A DNA stretch of 64,000 nucleotides from Octopus bimaculoides (GCF_001194135.2 NC_068981.1:54286571-54350570), one strand, 5' to 3'; shown: positions 12,331 to 25,526, counted from the first letter of the stretch. Made by a program: numbers and translations. The notes: generated by a model from the letters alone, not told the origin.

Positions 12331-13039
12331 AGTTCACTTGTAAAGTCAGGTGAGCAGAAGAGTGAAAGTTGTAGATGTGCTGAACAGCGAAGACCACTTC
12401 CCACAATCATAACTGTCCTGATACAAATATGATGACCACTTCTCTAACTGCATACGGATTTGAGACCATATGATCTAATACTGGCACTTTTTTCAGCTTT
12501 GTAATTACTATGGAAAACTATTTTCTTTTATTTATTATATTTAGCTTGTAGGAGGCGCCTGCTGAATTTTGAAATATCGTTCTCAGATTTTCCTTGCTCT
12601 GGAGTGCGACCTACTATATCACCACAAAAAGCAAAACATCGTCATAAAACGTATTAATACCGACGCTAAAGTGGTTCAGCCAATCAGTACTAGCTGACAT
12701 GGTGCGGCGAACTTCAAAAGAAGTGTGCAAATTTTTCCCACCAAAAAGCTTGATCGAAGGTTCTGGAAAATTTAGCTTACGGTTATAATAAAAAAAGTTG
12801 TCGAATTCAGCTGCAGACTAGAATCTTTCTGCTTTACACACGAAACTATATCACTTTATTCAGTGAGTTAATCTTGAGCTCTCATTCACATTTTCTTACT
12901 TAACTTGCTTATGTCGTGTTCGACAAAGGTTACCAACCTTAAATTGTTGTGTCGAATAACACATACTTTGATTATATGCAGTTGTTTTAACTATTTCTAC
13001 TGATTTCAGCTTCCATAACATAAGCCACTTCCATAATAT

Positions 13040-13243
13040 TGGTTTTAAATTTTGGCACAAGGCCAGCAACTTTGGGGGAGGGGTTCAGTCAATTACAGCG
13101 TTCAACTGGTATTTATTTTATCGACTCCGAAAGGATGAAAGGCCAAGCTGACCTCGGCGGAATTTGAACTCAGGACGTAAAAATGGACGGAATGCCACTA
13201 AAACTTTTGCATGGTGTGCTAACGATTCTGCCAAGCTTGCTGC
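13040..13243 (-). mobile_element. SINE family A copy
   Basis: Reverse-complement homology to 5787-5999. Confidence 0.8.
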
Positions 13244-14056
13244 ATTGACTACTTCCATGATTTCTTGCATTTTGTATTACGGACGAATCCTAACTATTAT
13301 GTTCGTTGTTTCATGGACGTTGTTCACTTAAATCAATTATATGTACAAATATAAATATAAACGATACAGGTTAGTAAAATAAGTGGAAACTCAAATATTA
13401 GTGTGGCTATTCTTCTCTTCTCTGCTTAATATTGTGAATGACCAATGAAGAATAAGTGTCTAAACTCCACACTAAAAGATATTATGTCTATCTGGAGCAA
13501 AACTGCACCATACATTTGTTGTAATTATGATGTATATAAGTATTATATAAGTTACTCGCAATTTTAAAGTATTTTTATTACTTCAGAATTATTGACAGAT
13601 TATGAAACATTTACACAGCTCTTTCTTGTGTGTCTAGAATAAATAAATAAATAAATAAATAAATGAATGAATGAATTATGAAAAGTTACTTTTATTTTGT
13701 AAATAAATATAAAGTATTTCTGGAATCGAGGGTGTTACAAAGGTTCTACAGGAGAAAATTTTTCCTCACTCTTCAACCAACACCCTCAAAAGCCATACGG
13801 GCAAATAAAAGAGTTTACTAATTAGAGGGTCGCTTCCAAGCGATTTCTTTGATGACATAGCATTAATCACAAGCAATACCAGTAAAATCAGAGATCAAAG
13901 TAATGAATATATCGCCTCTTTGACCAGATGATCACTTGTTACTAATGAATGTCTTGTTTTTTACCCAGCATTTGAAGCAGTGTATCACTAAGTCCACGCA
14001 TCCACTACTGAGATGACAGCTGATAATTAAAGGTCGTGAATTTTGTTTTTTTAAAA

Positions 14057-14094
<38 letters not shown>

Positions 14095-14479
14095 GTCCGC
14101 AAATTTACTAACAAAAAATATCCCCCGTATGCCAAAGAAATGTTTCTGCTTGCCGCCTTGGATACGTGTACCATAGGTTCGCAACCCTTGGCATCGGCCA
14201 TGTATATTTATTCGTTCGAACTTGTTGATTCACTTCGTTGTTATTCCGAGTTACTCGGATCTGTGTGTTCGTTCAGGTGACAGTGATACGAATTTGTTTT
14301 TGAGATGGATGATTTGCGTCTTTGCGACAAACGCAGAGTGGCAGTTTGTTCGACGAACTAGAACTCCATTTGTTCAATTAACGAAAGTACCGACTGAATG
14401 GATTGTAGTGTAAGTGGCTGAGTATTCCAAAGTCACTTCTATATTTAATGTAATCTTCAGACAAATTCGGTGAAATAAT

Positions 14480-14697
14480 ATCGGTTCCAAATTTAGGCAC
14501 AAGCCAGCAATTTCAGGGAAAGAGCAAGTTGATTACATCGACTCCAGTACTCAACTGGTACTTATTTTATCGACCCCGAAAGGATGAAAGGCAAAGTCGA
14601 CCTGACTTCGGTGGAATTTGAACTCAGGACGTACAGACGGACAAAATGCCGTTAAGCATTTTGCTTGACGTGCTAACGTTCTGCTAACTCGCCTCCT
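14480..14697 (-). mobile_element. SINE family A copy
   Basis: Reverse-complement homology to 5787-5999. Confidence 0.8.
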
Positions 14698-14785
14698 TAA
14701 TCGGCGTTACAATATCAAACAGAACGCTTTTTACATTATTTACATTATTTACATTTGACGGATATTTGTCCTCATCTTTGTTGTT

Positions 14786-14831
14786 AACACAACGTTTCGG
14801 CTGATATACCCTCCAGCCTTCATCGGGTGTC
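14786..14831 (-). ncRNA. Minimal type-I hammerhead ribozyme motif, U4C variant
   Basis: Minus: GACAC-CCGATGA-A-GGCTG(gagggtatat)CAGCC-GAA-ACGT-T-GTGTT. Confidence 0.7.
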
Positions 14832-14882
14832 TTGGGGGAAATTTCGAACCTGGGTTCTCATTCCTAAGGTATATTTCGATGC

Positions 14883-14936
<54 letters not shown>

Positions 14937-15009
14937 NNNNNNNNNNNNNNNNNNNNTTAAGAGCGCGGGCTACTAACCCCAAGATTCCGTGTTCGATTCC
15001 AGGCAGTGA

Positions 15010-15099
<90 letters not shown>

Positions 15100-15166
15100 C
15101 AAAAACAACAACAACAACATCAAAAAATACCTTAGGAATTAGAACCAGGTTCGAAATTTCCCCCAA

Positions 15167-15212
15167 GACACCTGATGAAGGCTGGAGGGTATATCAGCCG
15201 AAACGTTGTGTT
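15167..15212 (+). ncRNA. Minimal type-I hammerhead ribozyme, intact core
   Basis: Helix I GACAC/GTGTT, CTGATGA plus an extra A, helix II GGCTG/CAGCC, GAA, palindromic ACGT stem III. Predicted cleavage after U15207 (GUU). Confidence 0.85.
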
Positions 15213-16025
15213 AACAAACAAGACGAGGACAAATATCCGTCAAATGTAAATAGTGTACATAATTCCTCATCTCTTAAATATAGAACTGAACGCTTTTTAA
15301 ACTACTGGTGCAGTTCATAGTTTCTGTTAACCAAATTTAAGTCAAGTACTTGTCGAAGGTTTCGCACAGTGGAATTGATCCCGGAATAATTTGAATCCTG
15401 CATGGCTATAGCCACAATAGAATGTGCCCATGTGCATACATACATCCGCGTACGCACACACACACACACACACACACGTAGAAAGGTGGATAGATTGCAA
15501 GAAGGTGTGTGCATATGCGTGCATGTATGTGTGCACAAGTGTTTGTATGTATGTATGGAGACCAGCATACACCACATACGCGCGCGCGCGCGCGTGTGTG
15601 TATGCCCCTAACTCCTGAAATCTCGACAGGCTTATTACCTTTAAAGACATTCTGACGACAGCTAGTATATTTGACGCTTGCTAAAATCTGTTAACCACCT
15701 ATTTACACACACACAAACACACACCTGTGTGTGCATGTATATGTGTAGGTGCATGTGTGTGTGTGCGTGTGTGTGCATGCCTGTGGTGTGTGTGGATGTG
15801 TGGTGTGTGTATGTGTTTATCCTAAGTCTCTTGCGCTTCCTCTTGACTCCAAATGGAAAGAACTCTTTAGAGGCGAAAACTAATTACCAGCAACATCTGT
15901 AAATGAAATGCAAGTTATTTGTTTTTTATTAAATGGTTGAAATTTTCCTGCAACGCTTTTAATATAATTGAGTGAATGGATGTGGGAAAGAGAGGGGAAT
16001 ATATGTAAGCGCGTGTGTGATTGTA

Positions 16026-16751
16026 NNNNNNNNNNNNNNNNNNNNNNNNNNNNNNNNNNNNNNNNNNNNNNNNNNNNNNNNNNNNNNNNNNNNNNNNNNN
16101 NNNNNNNNNNNNNNNNNNNNNNNNNNNNNNNNNNNNNNNNNNNNNNNNNNNNNNNNNNNNNNNNNNNNNNNNNNNNNNNNNNNNNNNNNNNNNNNNNNNN
16201 NNNNNNNNNNNNNNNNNNNNNNNNNNNNNNNNNNNNNNNNNNNNNNNNNNNNNNNNNNNNNNNNNNNNNNNNNNNNNNNNNNNNNNNNNNNNNNNNNNNN
16301 NNNNNNNNNNNNNNNNNNNNNNNNNNNNNNNNNNNNNNNNNNNNNNNNNNNNNNNNNNNNNNNNNNNNNNNNNNNNNNNNNNNNNNNNNNNNNNNNNNNN
16401 NNNNNNNNNNNNNNNNNNNNNNNNNNNNNNNNNNNNNNNNNNNNNNNNNNNNNNNNNNNNNNNNNNNNNNNNNNNNNNNNNNNNNNNNNNNNNNNNNNNN
16501 NNNNNNNNNNNNNNNNNNNNNNNNNNNNNNNNNNNNNNNNNNNNNNNNNNNNNNNNNNNNNNNNNNNNNNNNNNNNNNNNNNNNNNNNNNNNNNNNNNNN
16601 NNNNNNNNNNNNNNNNNNNNNNNNNNNNNNNNNNNNNNNNNNNNNNNNNNNNNNNNNNNNNNNNNNNNNNNNNNNNNNNNNNNNNNNNNNNNNNNNNNNN
16701 NNNNNNNNNNNNNNNNNNNNNNNNNNNNNNNNNNNNNNNNNNNNNNNNNNN
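16026..16751. other. Assembly gap (largest of nine N runs; others at 5452, 7496, 14937, 19923, 27536, 36073, 37877, 51463)
   Basis: N runs, most next to microsatellites. Confidence 1.
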
Positions 16752-17276
16752 GGTACATTCACCAATTATGCAAGCAGTCTTCCCTGTTTCTCAGGTCCTT
16801 TATATATGCTACATTGTTATACATAGATTTCAAACAAATTGTTATTCTTTGAAGAAAAATTAGCTTCTAAAAATGTTCTAGTTGATAGCATGTTAAATAT
16901 CGATTTCTCTTCTGTCGGTATAAAGACATTAAGTTATTATATTTTAAGGGAAATAAATAGAAAGTTATTATTTTCAACAGTGTAGTGAAATGACTACATT
17001 TGGAAAACTATGGTGCATAGAACAAGGTATAGCAATGCAGTTAAAATGTTCGCTTCGCAAGTACGTGGTTTCGAGTTCGACATCACTCACGGCACCTTGA
17101 CTAAGTGTTTTCTCCTATAGCTTCCGAATGACAAAAGCATGTGAGTTAAATTTAGAAGCGCGACGAATCGGATGTTTCTGGCTTTGAGTGGTTGACTTAA
17201 TCCATTGCTTGGTTTAACAGCATCACCTAGCTATTGGGTACCTACCTATTCCCAAGTTTACTATGATGCAAACATT

Positions 17277-17345
17277 CGTTCGTTCGTTCATTCGTTCGTT
17301 CGTTCGTTCGTTCTCTCGTTCGTTCGTTCTCTCGTTCGTTCGTTC
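17277..17345. repeat. (TTCG)n microsatellite
   Basis: Direct sequence. Confidence 0.9.
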
Positions 17346-18209
17346 TTTCCTTCCATCAGTATCGGAAACATTGAGAGGGGCCAGGACGACATTTTTTCTT
17401 CTTATATATAATTGATCAGTCATATTCTTTTAATTTTCTACAAATTTTTCAAACATATCAGTGCAATGCTGAAGCAAAAGCACGAAAACAAAAGATTGGA
17501 ACACAAAGAGTTCATTACTGACCATGCATATTACTTCCAAAAATCCAAGTAATAAATATTAGTAGGCGCCAAAGTATATGGTCAACAACAAATTGAAAAT
17601 AATATGCTTCCGAGTGAAACTGTTCATCATATATCATTTAGAGTGCCTAAAGAAATCATACCCAGAAGTGAACAGAATACCTTTATGAAAAGGAACACAT
17701 TAACAATAAACGGTATGGATTTGATATTGGAAATTTAATGCAAAACAGTACTGAAAAACATTGAAAAACTGTATGCGGAGAAGACATATTCCCTTGCCTA
17801 AAACATTTCCAAGCGATAGTGAGCAATAATCTTTTTCAGTTGACATTTTTGAACGCAAGATATACAAGACTGGCTCTTGTGGTGTGTCATAAAATACGTT
17901 ATGTTTTATTTACTGAGTCGTGCCTGTGAAAAAGCCCTTAATGTTTGAGCTCTGAGAATAGAGACTAATAGTGTCAATTATGTGACGGAATTCCTGAGCG
18001 TGTACCTCGTAACCAGCATAAATTGAATTATAGTATCATTGAGAGAGGGGGTGAGAGAGAGTGAGAGAGAGGGAGGGAGAGAAAGAGAGAGAGAGACCTT
18101 AAAAAAAAGAATTCATTCAAACAAATGCTTAAAACATTTTCTGCATAAAGAAACTGTAGAAGAAGAGTGAACAGAATTATTTTGTGTTACAATAATTGAT
18201 ATTACCTTA

Positions 18210-19760
18210 TTCTGGAATGAAAGAGGATTGGCGGCATTCCGTTGCACTTCTCATCTGACCAATAATACTCACAATAATAGCTTCCTTGGTATGGTTGAGC
18301 TTTTGTTTCATTGGGATCCCATGCTTGAAACCTATGTCAGGAAGGTCAAAGAAACCCAGGGAAAAGGAGCAAGATCGTAAACCCATTATTTGTCAGCTGA
18401 ATCACAAAATCAATTCATTTCTCTTTACTCCAATCTCTGAAAGATCAAAGGCAAAATACTAGTCAACAATGGTTGATGTAACACCTGATTCTGCACATGT
18501 CAAACAGACAACAGCTATCATATGTTATTCTTAAATGATAGATTGTGATTTTGAGATTTTGAGATTGCTATCTTTTGAAAACTGTTGCAAAAAAAGCGGT
18601 TCTGACGCTGCAAACCCGATAAATCAAACACTGAGTAAAAATGGCATTCTCTTCGAAGATTACAGGGGTCAATGGTACCAATATGACAGCCTGTGGAAGA
18701 GAGTAGGTAGGATATTAACGAAAATCTTTTCGCTCTTTTCTTATTATATCGATGCCATGCATTGAAATTGTGTGGCATGTTTTCAATAGAGTGCTGTACG
18801 GAAGCTGTTTCCTTTTGTTTTAAAACTATTGAAATAGTCTATAATATCTTTTCCTGTACTCCAAAAAGGTAGCAAATTCTTACCATACATAAGCTGTCAA
18901 TCATTGCATTGTGTGTCAGCTATCCAGTGATCATCTAGAACTGATGTGCGATATAATTTGTACCAGATTTCATTTGCATCAAATTTACCCTATATGATGT
19001 TCTAAAACTTAATTTGAAATCAAAGATCAGGAGCTATTTAAAAACATAAGCTCGCTTTCATATACGTATTCATGATATTAATCATGTTTCAAACGCTGCT
19101 CCCTTCAACATCCGCGACATACAAGAGATGTCGCCGTTGATACTGAAGTGTACAAAATTAAAATACTCATTAAAATTGTGTAGAAACTGCGAGATCAATT
19201 TAACCCTGTTGAGAGACTCAAAACATATACCTAGCAGACTGAAATTAAGCTACAAGCAAATGACAGAAAAGAAACCTATCTATGAGACCCAATCAAGTGG
19301 CGAAAGACAGACAACGAATCATTATTATGGACATTTTTTTGTCAGGTCGTAGTTGGTTCTATCACAGCTGAACTAACAAGATTTCAAGCTGCAAAGGAAA
19401 TTTCTGATACTTTTTCATCTCTCTGGCAGTGCTTTGTCTGTCTGGGAAAATTTTTTGACCCAGAATTGCGTTTTAATTTTAGAAGTTTTCAATTTTAGTG
19501 AAAACAGTAAAGAACTTTCGAATGAACCAACTGACATGAAAATTATGCTAAACTGTGGCGACTTTGGAGAACAACACATTAAATCCTTTGATATAATCAA
19601 CGAAATAAATAACTACTAGTTGGAAAACAATGTTCCAAATCTTTGCGTAATCACAATCTATACCAGCAGCCTCAACAAAACATTCATTCAGTGAACTTAA
19701 ACTGACACAAGGTTATCTAGTTACCTTAGCTTTAATGAGCATAAAATTGTAATTCTAGTT
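18210..19760 (+). mobile_element. Decayed hAT (Tip100/ZMYM1-like, DUF4371) transposase
   Basis: Ordered fragments: GLAAFR..NNSFLGMVELLFHWDPML, HYLSAESQNQFI, AKY*STMVDVTPDSAH, KKSGSDAANPINQTLSKNGILFEDYRGQ, EAVSF..VYNIFSCTPKR, and dimerisation motif PAASTKHSFSELKL..LVTLALMSIK. Confidence 0.8.
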
Positions 19761-20410
19761 AAAATATTGATTTCAGACATATCATACTAAACTCTACACC
19801 TCTCCCCCTACCCACCCAAAGAAAAAAGGTATACAAGACATTGCTGAAAAGGTAAAAGTCTAGTTAGTCATTTTGGGGATCTTTAGCAAAAAAATAGTCA
19901 ATTAATACACGCCTTTTTTTTTNNNNNNNNNNNNNNNNNNNNNNNNNNNNNNNNNNNNNNNNNNNNNNNNNNNNNNNNNNNNNNNNNNNNNNNNNNNGGG
20001 GGGGGGGGTAATGATAGGCGGGTGAGGCTCTAAAACAGTCTCGCCCTTGTATAAAATGTTCTCTCGACGTCCCTGACAGTTCTATAGTGTTGGATGATCG
20101 TGTACTTAACATTGGAGCAACAGCTGTTTAGAGCTAAAGTTCGGAAGATAGTACGTAGCCTTTGTTTGTAGCTTTGGTTATATTATTAATACGTTGCTAT
20201 TATGAAGGATTATCAGAGATTGTAAGATCGAGCAATAGTAAAGTTACTGAAAGTTTTAATTGTTAGTCACGAGTGCAGTGATAGATGTTCTTGAGTGTAG
20301 CCTTTGGTGTTTTGGTGTATGTTTGTGACTTTATCTGGCACTGCGGCTTTTGAGTTTTTAAATTTCCCGATTCAAGTGTCTGATGGATGAGCTGAAATAG
20401 AAAAAGTTTA

Positions 20411-20798
20411 TTTTTACCTCCGCCAAGGAAGGAGGTTATGTTTTCATCGGTGTTGGTTTGTTCGTCTGTTTGTCTGTGTGCAAAATAACTCAAAAAGTTG
20501 TGAACGGTATTTAATGGAACTTGCAGGAAAAGTTGGTAATGACACAAGGAATAGATGATGAAATTTTGATAGTGATCTGGGAATTTTTATGGATTCTTGA
20601 AGGATTTTTCATTTGTTATATCTATTTTACATGAGGTATTACAATGTCATGTTCTTTGGTTATCTCCCTTGAAAACACGTTCATCGTTTCCACGTAACCT
20701 ATGGTGGCGTTTCTGATTCCAAAGTTTATTTTCGCTTCTCTATTAGTAATTTTAGTCGCGTATCTATCTTAAAATGAACTGCTTCGCGGAGGTCTGCG
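20411..20798 (+). mobile_element. Helentron-associated (HINE/DINE-1-like) non-autonomous element
   Basis: Starts in a T-run. Subterminal IR ACCTCCGCCAAG (20416-27), GTTT/GTCT microsatellite-like core, partner CTTCGCGGAGGT at ~20782-93. A better 3' end (CTTGGCGGAGGT, short hairpin, TTCTGGTTT) lies at 21734-21773. Confidence 0.5.
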
Positions 20799-21295
20799 AA
20801 GGATGACATGACAAGCCTTGACTACTGAGATCGACTCAAAAAGCTCAGGCTTTGCTCTCTCCACTGCCGCTGTGAGCTCTATATCATCTGTATGATGTGG
20901 AGAATATTCCATCAACATTGCCTATCTTTAAAATTGGTCCGAGGCTTGGCCCCCGTGCCATCCGTCTACTACAGAAATGTTCGTGTCGTATCACAACACT
21001 ATGACAGAACTATTTCACCTCAATTGGCCCTGCTCTCTTCAACATCGTGCCAGACACACATAAAGGAGGAAAGTAACTTCACGGCATTCAAACTATCCCT
21101 AGATGATTACCCCCAACAAGTACCAGATAAACCACCCACACCCAGATATGTCTCTGAAAACAATAACCCTCTGCTTGAATGGGCTACGGTTCCCCAGAGC
21201 TGACTGTGTATCTCTTCCAGGTGGTGCTATTAAATTAGACATGGCCTGAGTCAACTTCGGCCGAAACTTATCTAAGTAATCTAATCTATGCTGTA
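20799..21295 (+). mobile_element. CR1-type LINE 3' fragment
   Basis: DDMTSLDY*DRLKKLRLCSLH..CELYIICMMWRIF matches the CR1 ORF2 C-terminus (LDYWERLK.L.LYSL.RRRERY.II..WKI). Confidence 0.75.
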
Positions 21296-22692
21296 ACCTA
21301 TTAATCAAAGCATGATAACGTGGGTAGAGACTGATATCTTAACATTTCTGATATTCTTAAATATTAAAAAAATTATTAAAGATTTATGTAGAACTACATT
21401 CAGAGTATGTCTATAAGATACTGTGTTTAGACCTGGTTTCTATCCTCAAAATGTTCCGTTTTGTAGATACAATTTTTTTCTTCTTTATAAAGAAATATGA
21501 AATTAGAAAAATCAAAAATCTGCAACAATCTCGGTCCCATGAGTATTGGATAATGGATTTTCAACAGTGTAAAGAAACTGATTGTGGTGATCGTAGTTTT
21601 GACGGTGATTGTGGTGAAAGCAGAGACAGTGTTGATGATGACAATGGTCGAGATAAGTATGGGAGGAGGATAAAATAGTATCGGTGGTTATAATGGCGAC
21701 AGGAGCGGTATGATGTGAGGTGGAAATGAGATGCTTGGCGGAGGTCTGCGCTCTCCCAGTGCTTTTCTGGTTTAAGTTTGTTTCTATCATCTTTGTGTGG
21801 TTTCTGCTGCTGAATTTTGATTTTCGAGAAATGTGCAATTTTGGATTACTGATTTTTGAGAATTTTAGGGACTAAAAAGCCATTCATAGGAACAGTGATT
21901 CACAGGAACAGGATCTATCTTATGAGAAACAACGGAAAAAGAGATTTAGGATCAGCCCAAATAACGTATGCATGGTACATTGTATCATTTAGGTAGCATC
22001 TGCTAAACATTGACAACAACAAAAGCAATTCAACAATCAAGCGCTCAAAAGTGAGATCAACATGCTATATATAAACTGAGAATGTTTTTGCATTTTCCCT
22101 GTTGAACGCAGTTGGAAGTCTTTTTTAATAATGTAGAAACGGATCCCAGAGTACTGATGATTTCATCAAGGTTAAACAACGTAGCTCCACGTAGGCACCT
22201 GACTCAGAGTAGTTTAACTATGATGACCTGGTTGTGAAGCAGTGTCGAAGGGAATTGGATTAATCCAATTTAAAAAAACTTGTTTCAGAAGTCGAAATTC
22301 TATATTCTAGAATACATCGTACTTTGACACCTCGAGTGGAGCGATGTCGTAATTAAATCAATCCAGAAGTGCATTGCTGTTGCTGTTTGGTGGACTGACC
22401 CATTTGGAGAGGATTCTGTCTAGCAACTACGCAAGTTATCAAAAAGATCACACACTTTAGAACCAAAAACTGTTATCCTGTACCATTTAGATACTTTACT
22501 CTTTCTCTGCTAACACGCAGTCACTAAACAACTACAGAACACGATTAAACAATACACACAGGAGAGATATGGTATACAGTCATCCGAAGAGTTCCTAGAG
22601 ACCTTAGACGAAACCAACAAAATAGAATCCTCCACCTTAGAAAGTCTGTTCACCAACAACGATTCGATGGGAAAAACAATAAAGGTCATATT

Positions 22693-22915
22693 GGCTTCAA
22701 ATTTTGGCAAAAAGCCAGTAATTTTGGGGAAGGAGGGAGGGGTGGTAGATCGATTACATTGACCCCAGGGCTCAACTGTATTTATTTTATTGACCTCGAA
22801 AAGATGAAAGGCCAAGTCGACCTCGGCGGAATTTAAGCACAGACCGTATAGACTGACGAAACGTCGCTAAACATTTTACTCGGCGTGCTAACAGTTCGGC
22901 CGGCCCGCTGCCTTA
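22693..22915 (-). mobile_element. SINE family A copy
   Basis: Reverse-complement homology to 5787-5999. Confidence 0.8.
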
Positions 22916-23379
22916 AGCAATAGAAATCATATTAAATAATGTACGTAACCCCTAAGGATTAACTCACCTAAATTCCAACCAAGATACGGAGGAAATTGCA
23001 TCCTGTACAACAAAAGTATTTTTTCGATGTCTATAAGGTAAATAATATAAGCAAAAAGGTAGGGTTGCTATGAATTTTTATTTAAAGCTCACGTTCATGA
23101 CACTCTACATAGCCATAATAAAGAACAAAATGTAACCAAGTTACAAGGTATGAAGATAATATATTCGTCGTAATGGAAAGATTGGATGGTTGATTGAGAA
23201 ACTTGGCCGTTCCCAATAAAACGCAAAAACTCATTTGGAAATATGAAAAAGAAAAAGTTAAAAGAAACTTGATAAAAACACTAAAGCTAAAACATAGTCG
23301 TGTATTTGATATAAAACGCCTAAGAGAAAAACTTTTGCCGATACATACATACATGCATGTATATATGTATGTGTGTGTT

Positions 23380-23445
<66 letters not shown>

Positions 23446-24080
23446 TGTGTGTGTTTAATTGTCAGCTGTAATTTTATTGTACACACACGCACACACACTC
23501 ATACACACACATACACACGCACATACACACAAACCTTCATTCGAACACACACACACACACACATACACACACACACATGCACACACAGACACACATATAT
23601 GCACACATTGACACACGCACACGTATGTGTTGTGTATACAATAATTTAAGTAAGTTGATAATTTAATTATATCAGCTGTTAATTCATATATTACATTATA
23701 ATACTCTACTAGCGTGTTGAGTATTATTTAACTTTGTTGCTTATAATTACAAAGAAGCTATATATATGTAGATGTGTGGGTGTTGACATATGTACATCTA
23801 ATTATATTTACAAACACACGCGCATATACAATCGCAAGCGCGCTCGTACAAATAAATGCCCACACTGATGTACGCCATTTCGTAATTTTCCATGTAGGTC
23901 TTTCTGAGAAGCTACATATTTCCTACCACAAGACCGATGAACTGTGGGGAATCCATATCGTTTGTTAAATTGTGTATATTTTTTAAACAATAAATGGTGA
24001 TTAATCATATCGAAAGCCTCATGAGATCAACAAAAGCTTTATATTATTTTCCTTTTTTCAAACGCACCCTTTATATATTA

Positions 24081-24790
24081 CACTGGTCAACACATATTAT
24101 CTGGCACAAATTTTATCAATGTCTTTTTTGTTTTTGTTTTTTTTTTTGCTGATTTTGGGAACTGAATCCAAATCTAGCATCAGATTTTGCCTATCACAGC
24201 AGATTTTTGAAATATAAAGTCATTTAGTTTTGCTGTAAACAGCTTTGAATGCTCATAAAGAAGAATTAAAGATATGTAGATGCAATTTTTGATAGACAAT
24301 ATGTCTTGTTTTTAATCTAATAAATCAAAATACACTAACATCTAATAAATCAAAACACATTAGCATGTAAGAATTAAACTTGGTAATAACAAAATATGAA
24401 AATAAAATCTCAATTCATTGTGGTCATTCATTCAGATCATCTTATTACTGCAAGAACTTACTATTTTTGACAATCTCTTGTGCACAGCTTCTTGAATATC
24501 TCTCATATAGCTCCAGCAGCCATCTGTCATCATGTTTGAGTTCCAGCGGCCTTGGTAGCGTTCTTACATTACTTTTACATCTTGATGAAAACGTTCATCT
24601 TGTTCTTCGCTAACAGGTTCTCTGGGAATTCACCCAAGTGACTGGGTAAGTAGTGCAACTTGATGCTTATTCTACATCCAAGTGCTTGCAAACTCAAGAG
24701 CAGCTCCTCCACAGTATTTTGATAGTTGTCAGCACGTCCTTCTTTTTGATATGGTATCCATCCATAATTAGATCACAGTGGTCCAGTTCA
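24081..24790 (-). mobile_element. DNA transposon remnant, Chapaev3/CMC-like transposase C-terminus and one terminus
   Basis: Minus: RADNYQNTVEELLLSLQALGCRISIKLHYLPSHLGEFPENL..SEEQDERFHQDVKVM*ERYQGRWNSNMMTDGCW. Terminus TTA|CACTGGTCAAC at 24081. Superfamily assignment is from memory of this motif. Confidence 0.65.
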
Positions 24791-24968
24791 TACCTCAAAA
24801 CAAGTGGGAGGGTTTTAAAGCAAAACTCAGCTTGAACATATGATCCAAAATTAGCATGACAATCCAACCAGAATTATCGCAAATAGTGGTGTAAAGTTAC
24901 TTTTGGTATGCTACAGGTAAATAAAGCATATGATGTTTGAGAACATCATTATTTAAAATTTATTAATA

Positions 24969-25521
24969 AGGAGTCCACTTTTGCTGGTCATTCCTCTTAA
25001 TTTTGTATGTAATATAATTTTAATCTTCGGATTTTTTTAATATGCTAGACCACTGGTTTTAATTGATTAATATCAATTTCTACCCTTATTAATAAATTTT
25101 AAATAATGATGTTCTCAAACCGATAAATTAACTGCAAAAATTTATTAACTGCAGAGTTATTTCCGGACTTAGCGCGCCAGATTGAAGAGATTTGAAAGGA
25201 TACACTGAATGTAATTTGCAGAACTCTACACGTGCTCCCTTTCGGGTGGACGTCTTGTGTCTAGTTCTGGAAATTATATTTTATAAACAGACAGACTACG
25301 CTGATGATCCTGCAGATATTTACTTATGTAAATTTTAACAGGTGAAACCATGGTACGTAGGTTAATCGTTTTTTTATTTAGCATTTTTTCATCTGTCTTG
25401 CTCTTTTACAGTCTGTTGTGTCGCTAAATTTTTACTGAGAACATATTTTACGTGGTTAGATGATTCGGCATCTATTTCTAGCATATAGGAGTCCACTTTT
25501 GCAGGTCATTCCTCTTATTTT

Positions 25522-25526
<5 letters not shown>
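24969..25526 (+). mobile_element. Non-coding hammerhead-containing element with 40-bp terminal direct repeat (518-nt period)
   Basis: 24969-25008 and 25487-25526 are identical at 38/40. One internal hammerhead, no ORF. Confidence 0.75.
25296..25360 (+). ncRNA. Type-I hammerhead ribozyme with palindromic stem III (ACCAUGGU)
   Basis: Helix I CTACG/CGTAG, CTGATGA, helix II (U.U)CCTG/CAGG with inner hairpin ATTTAC/GTAAAT, then GAAAC-CATG-GTA. Predicted cleavage after A25355. Confidence 0.85.

Larger units (their letters stand above)
14734..15287. mobile_element. Non-coding Penelope-derived insertion: inverted partial terminal repeat plus tRNA-headed terminal repeat, TSD-flanked
   Basis: 14734-14936 is the reverse complement of most of the right arm (~15015-15255). 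The right arm matches 47980-48213. Direct repeat (G)AACGCTTTTTA at 14722-14733 and 15288-15299. 20-N gap at the centre. Confidence 0.85.

Noticed and set aside
15880-16863. Long ORFs (200-295 aa) here and at 5327-5815, 27254-28141
   Set aside because: They are open only because they cross N gaps.
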